A DNA stretch of 64,000 nt from Methanothrix sp. (GTDB taxonomy: Archaea; Halobacteriota; Methanosarcinia; Methanotrichales; Methanotrichaceae). Under the pieces are notes generated by a model. The model was not told where the DNA came from. It made no database searches and saw only the letters and a list, made by a program, of their open reading frames with translations. The stretch is from positions 896,001-960,000 of the forward strand of contig OY821645.1 of assembly GCA_963682135.1 (NCBI GenBank), written 5' to 3'. A program made the position numbers and the translations under genes. Each line of letters begins with the position of its first letter. Within the stretch, counting starts at the first letter, position 1. This document shows, piece by piece, positions 49,066 to 59,118 of the stretch.

Positions 49066-50693
49066 AGAAAAGCTCAACGGAATTATCAGCGATTTTGATC
49101 TTGGTCTTCATTTTTTCAGCAATTTCGATTGCTGATTCAATTACTATTCCAAGTGATAAGAACATACCGGATGTGCCTAAAGATCTAAAAGATTTCGTAT
49201 ATTCAGGGCCAAGTGGCGAATCTAAATCAGTTACATATTCTAGTGGAAGTGGTGCCCGAGAAAAGACGCAATATATCCAGGTACCAGAGAATCCTATCCA
49301 AATAACGAAATCTATAATCCCCTTGAGAGAAAATTACCATACCGGAGATACAGTAGCTATATTTGTAGAAGTTAAAAATATGGGGACAGAATTAAAAAAA
49401 ATAGATATAAAAGAATATGTGGACAAAGGATTAGATATCATAAACATATCAAAAAACGCATACATATTGAAAGAACTTGACGAAATTGCAGACTATAAGA
49501 GCGAATCAAATAGCTGTTATTACTTAGATATGTATAATTATACACATAGATCTAATAATAGTATTCACGCCGACGATCTGCTTGACATAAAGATAGATTG
49601 TGGAGATTACTTATTCAATCAAAATAATACTGAAAGCAACCATAATAATATTACAAAATTTATTAATGAGAATTTCGACATTAATTGGTCAAACATTACA
49701 GTTGATAAATCCTCAGATGAAAAAATTCTCCGCATAATGAATGATAGAGATCCATCTGAAGAGATGAGTGTGACTGTAGATGAGGAAAGTGGATATGGAA
49801 AAATGCAATATAATAATAAAACGTATAAATTTAGGATTAATTCACACAACATATATAAACTGTCCAACGAGTTTGATATATATATAAATAAGCTTGATAG
49901 GAAAGATAGAATAGTATATTGGTACTATGCAAAATTAAAAAAAATTGGTGATTTTGACGCCTCAACAATATTTAGATATTGGGTCGAAGAAAACAGTCAC
50001 TTTCTCGATGTAGATAAAATCCTCACGATAGGAGTAGTCAGACCAACACTTAATGTTGATGTAGATATAAATAGATTGAATTTATTAAAAAAAGAAGATG
50101 CAGTTAATATAACATATAAAATTACTTATATGGGCCCACCAATGAGTAATACAGTCAAATTGGATTTTGTTAAGAAATCATACTATGATGAAATCCAGCG
50201 ATATGGCCCAGATGTATATGTATATCCAAGGGATATACATGTGGGAGAGCCCTTTACTAAAACTATAAAAATATCATATCCCAATGAAGGAGAGTATTTC
50301 TCTCCGGAAATAATTATTAACGGGGAAATCTTTCCCTTTACGAAAGAGAAGATCGTGGTTGAGACAAGGTTTGGGAAATATGCAAATCTAGTAGCTCTGA
50401 TTTTGGCAATAGTGTTTTTTTTCATAGGTGATCTTTCTATGAAATTAAACTATTTAGCCAATAGTAGAGATGTTTCCAACTATTCAAATCCAAAAGATTT
50501 CATTCGAGAAAGATCCAAGAAAATTGAAAGAACGTGTCAAGGTATAATTATTTTGTTTATTATATTACTTATACCCATAATATATTTTACTTCATCGTCT
50601 TTCTACTGGATATTAGTATCTTTAATAATTTGTGCTGTAATATTAATAGCAATATCCTTATATTTTAAGTTAGTAACATCTGTACTTAAATAA
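49059..50693 (+). CDS. Exported protein with DUF11-like domain and C-terminal TM helices, AT-rich
   Basis: Signal peptide, ITKSI...GDTVAIFVEVKN, three C-terminal hydrophobic segments. Confidence 0.65.
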   Translation: MLEKSSTELSAILILVFIFSAISIADSITIPSDKNIPDVPKDLKDFVYSGPSGESKSVTYSSGSGAREKTQYIQVPENPIQITKSIIPLRENYHTGDTVAIFVEVKNMGTELKKIDIKEYVDKGLDIINISKNAYILKELDEIADYKSESNSCYYLDMYNYTHRSNNSIHADDLLDIKIDCGDYLFNQNNTESNHNNITKFINENFDINWSNITVDKSSDEKILRIMNDRDPSEEMSVTVDEESGYGKMQYNNKTYKFRINSHNIYKLSNEFDIYINKLDRKDRIVYWYYAKLKKIGDFDASTIFRYWVEENSHFLDVDKILTIGVVRPTLNVDVDINRLNLLKKEDAVNITYKITYMGPPMSNTVKLDFVKKSYYDEIQRYGPDVYVYPRDIHVGEPFTKTIKISYPNEGEYFSPEIIINGEIFPFTKEKIVVETRFGKYANLVALILAIVFFFIGDLSMKLNYLANSRDVSNYSNPKDFIRERSKKIERTCQGIIILFIILLIPIIYFTSSSFYWILVSLIICAVILIAISLYFKLVTSVLK

Positions 50694-50724
50694 TATCATG
50701 TTTTGAAGAGATAATAGATCATCA

Positions 50725-52401
50725 TTATCTCTTCACATCAATCCTAATCAATCCTAATTCCTTCAGCCGCTCTTCTATCCTTTTATCGACAATCTCAGAG
50801 ATATCACGATCCCCATAAATTCTAGCCGTAGACTTCTTTTCGTTTTCCAGAAATGAAACGTCTTTTTGGAAGATGCGCAAAGGATTGATGAAGAAAGGCT
50901 TTTCGCCATTTCTAAGCCTATTTCTGGCCTCATTCAGCTCGAAGACAAAGCCACTTGTCTTGCTGGAACCATCCAGGCCAAAGAAGAACGTCTTGAGAGC
51001 CTCCTTGGAGGCAGCAGTGAGCCTTACTTGATCCGCCTTTCCATCCATTCCGCTCTTTTCCTTTTCCTTGCCTTCATAAAACAGATCCTCTGGCCGTTGG
51101 CTAATATACTGCAAGGCAAGGGTAATTACTTTGCAGAATCTGCTCTCCAGAGTATTATCCTTATGGTAAGCTTTCGGATCGCTTCCGTAGGGATTTCGAA
51201 GTAGTATCAGAATTTCGTTTTCCCCTTCACCCATCTTTCGCATCGGCCATATATTCAAAGCCGCAATGCCTGTCTCTTTGGAGAGCGCCTCTCTTATCTT
51301 CTCGGAATCAATAAAACCTCGGCAGAAGACCATGGCAAAGTCCGCCTTTTCCGGTGAGCAGCCAAAGAGCCTTCCTTCCTCGCTCAAGGCTTTTTTAACC
51401 AGAGCCATCTCAGGATTTTTGCTTCTCGGCATTGATGCATAAAGTGGCACATATATAGGCGGTCTGCGCAGTCCCCCAGAGGAGTGCTGCGCTATAGCCT
51501 GGCTGGGTGGAATCTCATCTGGATAGTCTCGTGCCGCTACAATGGGTTGCATGATCCTATGAATAAAGCGATTGGCAGAGGCAAAATCCTTTCCAAAATT
51601 CTTCAATAGAATTTCATTATCAACGATGATTACACCATTGGCTCCGCTGCCTTTTGTTAGAAGATCGTAAAGAGCACTTATTGCGGCCAGGTTCCTTCTA
51701 CCTTCCTTCGAAAATTGGGCTTTATCGGCAAAATCACCCAGTTCAGTCAATACTCCCAAGACAAATACAGGATAGTCCGCTTTGCCTTCATTTCTGATGT
51801 GGTTGATGATCGGATTAATAAAGCCGGTTCCAGTTCCCCCGCCAAAGGAAACTACAAAGAGGATGCCGTCGCATTCTCCATCTCCCAGTGTTGTGAAGTT
51901 TCTTATGACATTCCAGGCGCTATCGAAGATGGGATTGGGAGCCTGGCTGAAAGATGCGCTGCTATTGGCCCCATTTCCTCCCAATGATTCGATCATCTCT
52001 TTGTTCATGGTTTTGGCGACGATGGCCTGGATCTCCTTATCCGTATCAAAAATTTCAAATATGGCCTTGAGATATTGGGCATCTCTAACAAAGCCCTGTT
52101 TCTTTACATCGTAGCCGTATTTTTCCCGGACAATTCTATGAACCTCGCAGCCATCGGCTACAACATCATGTGGAATATAAAAGCAGGGGTAGCACCCCTC
52201 ATTCAGATCTCCGAAGAAATGTTGGATATTCTTGGCATCGTTTTTATCGGCTTCAAGCCAGATGCCCTGTATCATGCCGGGAGAGATATATTGCGCATCA
52301 GTTATTCGAGAAAGAAGCTGGAAATCCAGATCCTCATTTCCCAAGAACTCCTGGGTGATTTTACCCCCGGCTCCGCCAATTCCGACAATGCATAGTCTCA
52401 T
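50725..52401 (-). CDS. Divergent tubulin/FtsZ-superfamily GTPase (CetZ-like), 558 aa
   Basis: VGIGGAGGK, SFGGGTGTG tubulin signature, VFVLGVL, IIVDN; ATGA overlap with the upstream gene. Confidence 0.85.
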   Translation of the reverse strand: MRLCIVGIGGAGGKITQEFLGNEDLDFQLLSRITDAQYISPGMIQGIWLEADKNDAKNIQHFFGDLNEGCYPCFYIPHDVVADGCEVHRIVREKYGYDVKKQGFVRDAQYLKAIFEIFDTDKEIQAIVAKTMNKEMIESLGGNGANSSASFSQAPNPIFDSAWNVIRNFTTLGDGECDGILFVVSFGGGTGTGFINPIINHIRNEGKADYPVFVLGVLTELGDFADKAQFSKEGRRNLAAISALYDLLTKGSGANGVIIVDNEILLKNFGKDFASANRFIHRIMQPIVAARDYPDEIPPSQAIAQHSSGGLRRPPIYVPLYASMPRSKNPEMALVKKALSEEGRLFGCSPEKADFAMVFCRGFIDSEKIREALSKETGIAALNIWPMRKMGEGENEILILLRNPYGSDPKAYHKDNTLESRFCKVITLALQYISQRPEDLFYEGKEKEKSGMDGKADQVRLTAASKEALKTFFFGLDGSSKTSGFVFELNEARNRLRNGEKPFFINPLRIFQKDVSFLENEKKSTARIYGDRDISEIVDKRIEERLKELGLIRIDVKR

Positions 52402-53042
52402 CTTCTCGCCTCCCAGGCCTCTTTGTAAATAGGCATGACAAGCACTCCGGCCGATACAACCAAAAGCATCAGGCTCAGAAGCTCGACAGGCTGCGAATGA
52501 ACCGGATAAATTGTGCCGATATAGGCTGATAACAATACTGATGTGCATAAGGCAATGACTGTCATGCCGATCATCTTCTTCGTGGTTTTAGAGATGGAAT
52601 AAAAGCTATACAATTCCGTTAGCTTTAAATCTCTGTGATCTTGGGGGAGCTTGTCAAGAAATAGAATTATCGTCGCTGCAATACCTGCCACAAGAAGGCC
52701 GAAAATAGCAAATCCCAATGTACCGGAGGCCAATTCGGCTATATCCATGTAACTGATGGGAAGGACGGTTGGGACCAGCAGGTAAAGATAAGCAACGGCT
52801 ACCGTGAGCATAATCCACGCTGCCAGTGCCAGGGCTGTGAAGTTTGATCCCTGCGGGACAGTCATCTCTTTATAAAAGATGGCCTTGGAGACCTGCTTTT
52901 TATGCTGCAGGATGGCCACAAGCTTGTGGACCCGTTTTAGGTTATTAATGTGCAAAATTGCTGCAAGGATCAGCAATAATGCCAGCAGCAACGTGCCTGC
53001 GGGAAATAGGCTATTCATTACAGTTGGGATATCAATTGCCAT
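52398..53042 (-). CDS. Integral membrane protein, about 5 TM
   Basis: Hydrophobic segments; coupled to the CetZ-like gene. Confidence 0.8.
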   Translation of the reverse strand: MAIDIPTVMNSLFPAGTLLLALLLILAAILHINNLKRVHKLVAILQHKKQVSKAIFYKEMTVPQGSNFTALALAAWIMLTVAVAYLYLLVPTVLPISYMDIAELASGTLGFAIFGLLVAGIAATIILFLDKLPQDHRDLKLTELYSFYSISKTTKKMIGMTVIALCTSVLLSAYIGTIYPVHSQPVELLSLMLLVVSAGVLVMPIYKEAWEARR

Positions 53043-53044
53043 TC

Positions 53045-54586
53045 CTAGCCCCTCCTCAGCATCTTGAGAACTTTGCCGGCAAAACTTCCGTCTGATTTGT
53101 CCCTGCTTTCTTGTTTATTGCTCTTCTTGTTCCCTGCTTTACCTGATGCACTTTCATGAGACTCAATTCCTTTCTTGAGCTTTCTTTCCACGAAAAAGCT
53201 TCCTAATATTATCAGGAAGAGCATTGGCACCAAATTCATGACCATTACTGGATTGTAGATGCTGTAGGGCACTATCTTGGCATTTATCAGCGTCCCTGTT
53301 TCCTCCATGGCATCCTTGCCGCTCTGATCATATTCCGAGTACTTAACTCTGTAATAAAAATTCTGCCCGGCATCTGTAACCCGGAAGGGTTTGGTGTCAT
53401 TGAAGTTCACCTCGACGGGTTCAGGTCCTATTCTGACCGTCTTCGTCTCCACTATATTCCATTCATTGTTACCCGTCCTGGTGCTCAGAGTAAATGCTAC
53501 GTCGTACTTTTCAGGGTTCAGATTCTTTGCTCTCAGATTGAATCCGTACTTCTCCCACCAGTAGTAATTCTCGCTGGTAGAGATGAAGCCCAGCTTATCC
53601 ACAGAGAGCTTTGCACCTTTTCGGATATTGGGTCCTCTTAATGGATCTGCAGGATCTTTGCGGACAAAATCAATCCCATCATCATAGCTGTAGTAGTAGG
53701 TAAAGTTCTTGCCTGCATCAGCCTCTTTGAAGAATCCATATTCATTTGCCTTGAAGCTCACAGGGCCTGGCTTGATGTTCAGTGTTTCATTTTGCAGCTC
53801 AATGCCGTTCTCATCAAGGATGTGCAGTGTCACATTGAGCAAATCTCCATCGGCATCGGCAATATCTGCCTTGTACTCGATAGGATCATTATACCTCACA
53901 AGGCCTGGTGGGGTAACATTGAAATTGCTCATGACCGGCAGGCTATTGGTAACATTGAAGACCAGCTGCGAATAGTAGGGTGGCTTCAGCCCGGAGTAGT
54001 CCGACGTGCTCCATTTATTGACACCGTCGCTCATATTCACCCGCACTTTGACTTCACCCACATTCTTTAGGTAGGCAAAAGAGGGCAGCATGCCCCAGAT
54101 TCTGTAGGTGGTGTTGGTCTTCTCATCGTACTCGTTGGTCTGAATCTTCTCCGGCCAGGAGTTGATGCGTTCGTACTTATCCGACCCTGGCTCCTTTACC
54201 TCCAGATAAAGATCGAGCATACGGCGCATCTCCAGAGGATTATTATTGGTGGCAACCGTTATGATCTCCAGAGGCTGGTTTCGGCTGACCGTGGTATTGT
54301 TTCCTTTGTAGTACATGAGCACAGTGGGCATCACGTATTCTTCGCTAGTTATTGGGTCCTTCCACAGTATGGTCCGCAACTCTTCGTACTTAGCCGGTTT
54401 ATTCTTCTTTGCGTCATCCACGGCTTTGATCAATCTATCGACATCAACCGACTTACTGCCGCCTCCGCCCCCACCACCACCGCTGCCGCCTGACGATCCG
54501 GCCGATTGTGTGGCCGGGCCCACAACGTTTTGCACCGACAGCAGCAAGGCAAATACGATCAGCATGGATACGAGTTTACCATTCAT
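53045..54586 (-). CDS. Exported protein with Gly-rich linker, beta-rich domains, C-terminal TM anchor and basic cytoplasmic tail
   Basis: Signal peptide, GGSGGGGGGGG, FxxxDAGxNF motif twice, TM near residue 450-470. Confidence 0.8.
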   Translation of the reverse strand: MNGKLVSMLIVFALLLSVQNVVGPATQSAGSSGGSGGGGGGGGSKSVDVDRLIKAVDDAKKNKPAKYEELRTILWKDPITSEEYVMPTVLMYYKGNNTTVSRNQPLEIITVATNNNPLEMRRMLDLYLEVKEPGSDKYERINSWPEKIQTNEYDEKTNTTYRIWGMLPSFAYLKNVGEVKVRVNMSDGVNKWSTSDYSGLKPPYYSQLVFNVTNSLPVMSNFNVTPPGLVRYNDPIEYKADIADADGDLLNVTLHILDENGIELQNETLNIKPGPVSFKANEYGFFKEADAGKNFTYYYSYDDGIDFVRKDPADPLRGPNIRKGAKLSVDKLGFISTSENYYWWEKYGFNLRAKNLNPEKYDVAFTLSTRTGNNEWNIVETKTVRIGPEPVEVNFNDTKPFRVTDAGQNFYYRVKYSEYDQSGKDAMEETGTLINAKIVPYSIYNPVMVMNLVPMLFLIILGSFFVERKLKKGIESHESASGKAGNKKSNKQESRDKSDGSFAGKVLKMLRRG

Positions 54587-57500
54587 TGGACCGACTCCCT
54601 GGTCTTTCTCTTAATGTCGAAATCATAGTACGGCGACGTTTGGGCCTCCGGAATCTGCCACTTGAAGGTCTGATCTCCCTGGCCGAAGCGGTAATCCTGG
54701 CACTGGCCTTTGGTCGTCCAGGTCTTGATCAGTTCAGGAATTGCATTGTCTCCGCCTATCATGCATACTGTCAGGTTCTCTGAGGAATTGACCGTTGCCC
54801 AGAAGTCATGCACTTTGCCGTTCAAGCGGTCCCCTGCATCGGATACCACAGCAATGATCTCCGGTCCCTCAAATGTCTGCGTCTCGGCCCCATCGATCAA
54901 GAACCTGTACTCAGCCCGGCCCAGGAATTGCGTCTCCCAGAAGGGCTTGAGAGTCCAGCTAACGCTCCTTGTGGCCGGATTGAATCGCTTCTTGCCCCCC
55001 ACGATCATCCATGGCTGGTCGGTTCCGTTCGGCCTTACCGACAGTTCAATCCAGGGAACCTGTTGCATACTCCAGTTCTGAAGCTTCAGAGTATAGGTCA
55101 ATGCATGAAGCGGGTCTTTCTCATCCCATGCCTGGATGACGCCAATCGCCGGCGTTACATTGCCGATTACCGTCACAGTGCTGTCGTCAAAGACCCCAGC
55201 GTTCTTGCCATCCGGTCCGGGTTCCGGAGAGATCGGGCTTATGGGGGCTTTCTTAAGGACCCTCATATAATGATCGGCAAACCGGTAGTCGCCCAAACCG
55301 GTGTGATTGAACGCCAGGGATATAGTGAAGCTGTTTCCTACGTCTTTATCATCAAATGGTATATCCGCTTCATAAAGATATTTGTCAATCCCGATAGCCT
55401 TGTCGGTCAAGTCCTCCCGGAAATTCTTGGATGGGCCGGTCAGGTTCAACTTGAGTATGCCTCCGCTCTCCGAGTAGTTGATGGTGGCATGGATGCTCTG
55501 ATCTGCTTTTCCTCCCGCCGGCACATACAGCGTTGTATCATACTCCAGGATGAGCTTGGGCTCCCATATGGGCTCTGGCTCTGTTCCTTCCAGTGCTACC
55601 TGCATTATGTGGTCGTCAAACAGAGAATAGCTCTTGCCTTCCATTTGGAAATCCAGGGAGAACATGTAATTATTGCCCACGTTCGAAGCATCAAACTGCT
55701 CTGTATAATCATATCTGTACCGATTTGCACCGAGATCAGTGACAGCCATGTCTACCTCTCTGTTTTTGTCCACTCCGGTCAAATCCAGGGTCATGGTTCC
55801 CTTGCCTTTCGGAGAGAAGACCTCAGCACTGAACGTCTGACTGGCTCCCTTCTCAGAAGAGACGAACAGAACTGGCAGGTATTTTACGTCCCCGATGGCC
55901 TCAGGCTCAATTTCGGAACTGGCTTCTTTCAAGACGACAGTCATTGTTCCTGATGATGTGACTATGCCACCAGCGATCTTTGCGTGGGCGTTTCTGATGC
56001 TGATGGTGTAGTTGCCGACATCCCCAATGCCAAATTCCTTCGTCCAGGTGTACAAATACTGAGTTGCACCCAGATAAACGCTATTCATCTCCTCGGTAAC
56101 AGGAACCTTATTTGGGCCGACCATGGTAAGCTGCACCGCGTCCGGTCCCTCTGGGAAGTCTACCACGGCCTTGACCGACTGGTAAGCGGGGGAGTCTTTT
56201 GTTACCTGCAATACGGGTTTGTCGATGTCAAATGATAGCAGCTTAGGCTGGCCTCCGTTGATGGTCGGGCCAAAATAGACATCGGATTCAGATGTCTTGC
56301 CGGCAAAGCTGGCGGCAAAGCGGAAGCTGGCTTCCTTCCCCTCCGAATCGACGCACTTGCTTCTAAGCGGCTGCGCGGTCATATTGAGCACACTCTCGCC
56401 TTCTATGATCTTTTTAAGACCCCTCTGCACCCAGGTATGAGTGCAGGGATTATAAACCTCCAGCTTGACAGATGCATCTATGCTGGAGCTTACTGGCACA
56501 GAATAGACAAATGTATCATTCCACTTGCCCTTTCCGGGAGATACGGTGGCCTTCCCAAAGTCAATTGATAGCGACCTAACCACAATCGCCTTTTCTGCTA
56601 GCTGCATGTCAGCAGAGAGGCTGGAGTGCCTGTAGCTGATGGTAAAATTAAAGGTCTTGCCGACATCTTCCTCATCAAACGGCAGGCTCCATTCATACCG
56701 ATATCTATTGCCTCCTAGAGATATTCCTGTGCTGGCCTCATCTATGCTCATTTCCGCTAGCCGAAGAGTTGCCTGACCCTGGCCTGCTGCATATTCCACC
56801 ACAGCTGCAACGCTGGCAGAAGACTCGCTGCCTTCGGAGATATAGACCACAGGGTCGCTGTCAAGTGAGATTAGGACAGGACTGCCTCCTCTAAAGGCCG
56901 GACCCTGGTAGGGCTTTGAGAAGTAATCCTTTCCAGCAAAACTGGCTTTGAACCGATATTTGGCTCCCGTCAGTTGCATCTCCTCGCATTCATAATCAAA
57001 GGGAGAAAGCGTCCAGTTTAGCACTGATGATTGCGCTGTCGCCTTCCTGATGCCCTTATCAGTCCATTCGCTACTGCAGGAGTCGTAGGTCTGAAGATCC
57101 ACGTCTAGAGGCACAATAGTGGTATCGAGCTTGAGCGAATAAGAGTAGCTGTCATTCCAAAGGCCGCTGGTTGGGGTGACCGTCGCCTGGGAAAACTGCA
57201 CGGAAAGCGGTAAAACTCTGATTAACCTGTCCTCGAAGGCATACCTTCCGCCTTCCAGCGTTGGGTGGACAAAGGATAATGCTAGAGTGTAGTTGTTATT
57301 GATATGGCGGTCGTCGAAGGAAACCTGCCACTTGTACTGATACCTGCTACCTCCCAGGGGCACTCCCTTTTCCGTCAAATTCAGGTCCTGATCCTGGCCC
57401 GACAGATGGAGATTCATATCTCCTAAACCCTTGGAGAAGATAACTGTGGCAATTATATCCTGCGTTGTGCTCTCTCCAGTCCGCACGTAAACGGTTGGGG

Positions 57501-58716
57501 GATATTGCAGGTCCAGTTTGGGTATCTCTTCAACCACTTTAAAGCTGATATTGGACTTCTCGGCCTGATAATCCCAGTTTTCATTCCTGTAAACCACTTT
57601 GGACTGGAAGGGTGCAACTTTGCTGAGCTGTACATCGCTGCGGTTGAATAGAGCAGGTATATTATCATTAGTCCACTCATAAACCAGGCTGCTGCCCTGC
57701 ATCTTCGGCTCGGATGATTCATAAGTCATCTCGCCTTTCTGGGGGTGGCTGATTACCAAGCTGGCTACGCTGCCATCCGGGATGCCGCCCACCATCTTGG
57801 CCCCGGCGTCCTTGACGTAAGCTTGAATGGTGAAGTTGGTATAATCCAGCAGCTTAGGAATAGCAACTTTTTCCAGAGATGGATTATATGGCTGCAGAGA
57901 GATGTTGTAAGGTCCGTAGGTCAGGGGATCGACCTTGAGGTTGTTGTATACCAGCTTGAAAGTGAAATCCCCTCCCGTTTTATAACTGGATAGATCCTCT
58001 GCGACTGTGCAGGAATATGTGCTCTTTCCTGAGGACTGGCAAGAAACGTCGGCTGTGGTCCAGCTTCTGGACTCAGCAGTCCCCAGCGGACCTGTGATCT
58101 CCAGATGACATGTGGGCTTGGGGTTTAGCCCTTCCAGGTCTTTGAATCCCGCAGAGAGTGCAATCCCCTGGAAGAAATACGGCTTCTTCTCAAAACTTGG
58201 AGTGCCGGTCATTGTCGGCGGCTGGACGATAGGGCCTTTTATTCTGGCAGTCTTGCCGACTTGCTGGCCGCCTGCATAGAAGATGAACTCAAAGGAGGCA
58301 TTGCTGGTACTGTCAATGGCAAACCGGTCCTTGAAGCTGTATGGCCCGAAAGAAAAAGAGGTTTGGCTCATGCCGGTTTGGCTGGGTGATGACTCTGAAT
58401 AAATCTGCTGGCCTTGATCGTAGATATTCAGTTTCATGCTGAATTTTGTTACGGCAATCAAGCCCACCTGTCTTGCCACCTCTTCGCTCATCCATATCTG
58501 AGCGGTGTAGGTGAAATCCTCATAACCATATTCCGGAGTGACAGCCGCGTTTCTGATTTCATATCCACTCTGGGCTGCACACATTGGGACAAGGGACACA
58601 GAAATTAAGCACAAAGATAATAGTAATAATCTATAATTATATCTGAATTTTTTCACCTTCTCTGGCAATAATCTGTTGATATACATTTCTTCTTTTGACA
58701 CTTCCAAGTGGCTCAA
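54583..58716 (-). CDS. Large secreted repeat protein (~1370 aa, two alternating beta-rich modules)
   Basis: Signal peptide; five LGxxRY.Y....FD..DVG..F modules and ATV[TS]P..G.WND.[YF].Y modules. Confidence 0.8.
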   Translation of the reverse strand: MSHLEVSKEEMYINRLLPEKVKKFRYNYRLLLLSLCLISVSLVPMCAAQSGYEIRNAAVTPEYGYEDFTYTAQIWMSEEVARQVGLIAVTKFSMKLNIYDQGQQIYSESSPSQTGMSQTSFSFGPYSFKDRFAIDSTSNASFEFIFYAGGQQVGKTARIKGPIVQPPTMTGTPSFEKKPYFFQGIALSAGFKDLEGLNPKPTCHLEITGPLGTAESRSWTTADVSCQSSGKSTYSCTVAEDLSSYKTGGDFTFKLVYNNLKVDPLTYGPYNISLQPYNPSLEKVAIPKLLDYTNFTIQAYVKDAGAKMVGGIPDGSVASLVISHPQKGEMTYESSEPKMQGSSLVYEWTNDNIPALFNRSDVQLSKVAPFQSKVVYRNENWDYQAEKSNISFKVVEEIPKLDLQYPPTVYVRTGESTTQDIIATVIFSKGLGDMNLHLSGQDQDLNLTEKGVPLGGSRYQYKWQVSFDDRHINNNYTLALSFVHPTLEGGRYAFEDRLIRVLPLSVQFSQATVTPTSGLWNDSYSYSLKLDTTIVPLDVDLQTYDSCSSEWTDKGIRKATAQSSVLNWTLSPFDYECEEMQLTGAKYRFKASFAGKDYFSKPYQGPAFRGGSPVLISLDSDPVVYISEGSESSASVAAVVEYAAGQGQATLRLAEMSIDEASTGISLGGNRYRYEWSLPFDEEDVGKTFNFTISYRHSSLSADMQLAEKAIVVRSLSIDFGKATVSPGKGKWNDTFVYSVPVSSSIDASVKLEVYNPCTHTWVQRGLKKIIEGESVLNMTAQPLRSKCVDSEGKEASFRFAASFAGKTSESDVYFGPTINGGQPKLLSFDIDKPVLQVTKDSPAYQSVKAVVDFPEGPDAVQLTMVGPNKVPVTEEMNSVYLGATQYLYTWTKEFGIGDVGNYTISIRNAHAKIAGGIVTSSGTMTVVLKEASSEIEPEAIGDVKYLPVLFVSSEKGASQTFSAEVFSPKGKGTMTLDLTGVDKNREVDMAVTDLGANRYRYDYTEQFDASNVGNNYMFSLDFQMEGKSYSLFDDHIMQVALEGTEPEPIWEPKLILEYDTTLYVPAGGKADQSIHATINYSESGGILKLNLTGPSKNFREDLTDKAIGIDKYLYEADIPFDDKDVGNSFTISLAFNHTGLGDYRFADHYMRVLKKAPISPISPEPGPDGKNAGVFDDSTVTVIGNVTPAIGVIQAWDEKDPLHALTYTLKLQNWSMQQVPWIELSVRPNGTDQPWMIVGGKKRFNPATRSVSWTLKPFWETQFLGRAEYRFLIDGAETQTFEGPEIIAVVSDAGDRLNGKVHDFWATVNSSENLTVCMIGGDNAIPELIKTWTTKGQCQDYRFGQGDQTFKWQIPEAQTSPYYDFDIKRKTRESVQ

Positions 58717-59118
58717 CTCCTATGGATACAAGAGTTTGTTTTTTCCGGGCAAATATATATAGCCCTTTCCCTCAGTTCAGTTTATTGGAGATCTATGATC
58801 TAATGCGTTCTCAGGGCGTCTAAATCTCTCTTGCCGATGCTTTAGAAACAGCCTATGACCTCTAGAAATCTGAAACATCAATCGTATCTGAACTTATGTC
58901 AGGAGGTACGACTATTTATGTAGGGTGGCACGGTTAGATCTCATGGTCATCGCGATCTAACCATATCATCTTCTCAGAATGTCAATGATGAGCCTTGATA
59001 TTCTTATTGGAGAATTCGATGAAGACTTATCTATCGGGTTCCGATTGCATCGTGGCAAATCTTTTATATCAATGATATAGTTAGATAGAAGAAGCTTTCG
59101 AAATTGGAGGGATTTTGC

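Noticed and set aside
50725-52401. Calling the GTPase canonical ftsZ
   Set aside because: It lacks FtsZ hallmarks (NTD, GAG.NP, NxDFAD) and division-gene context; no gene symbol given
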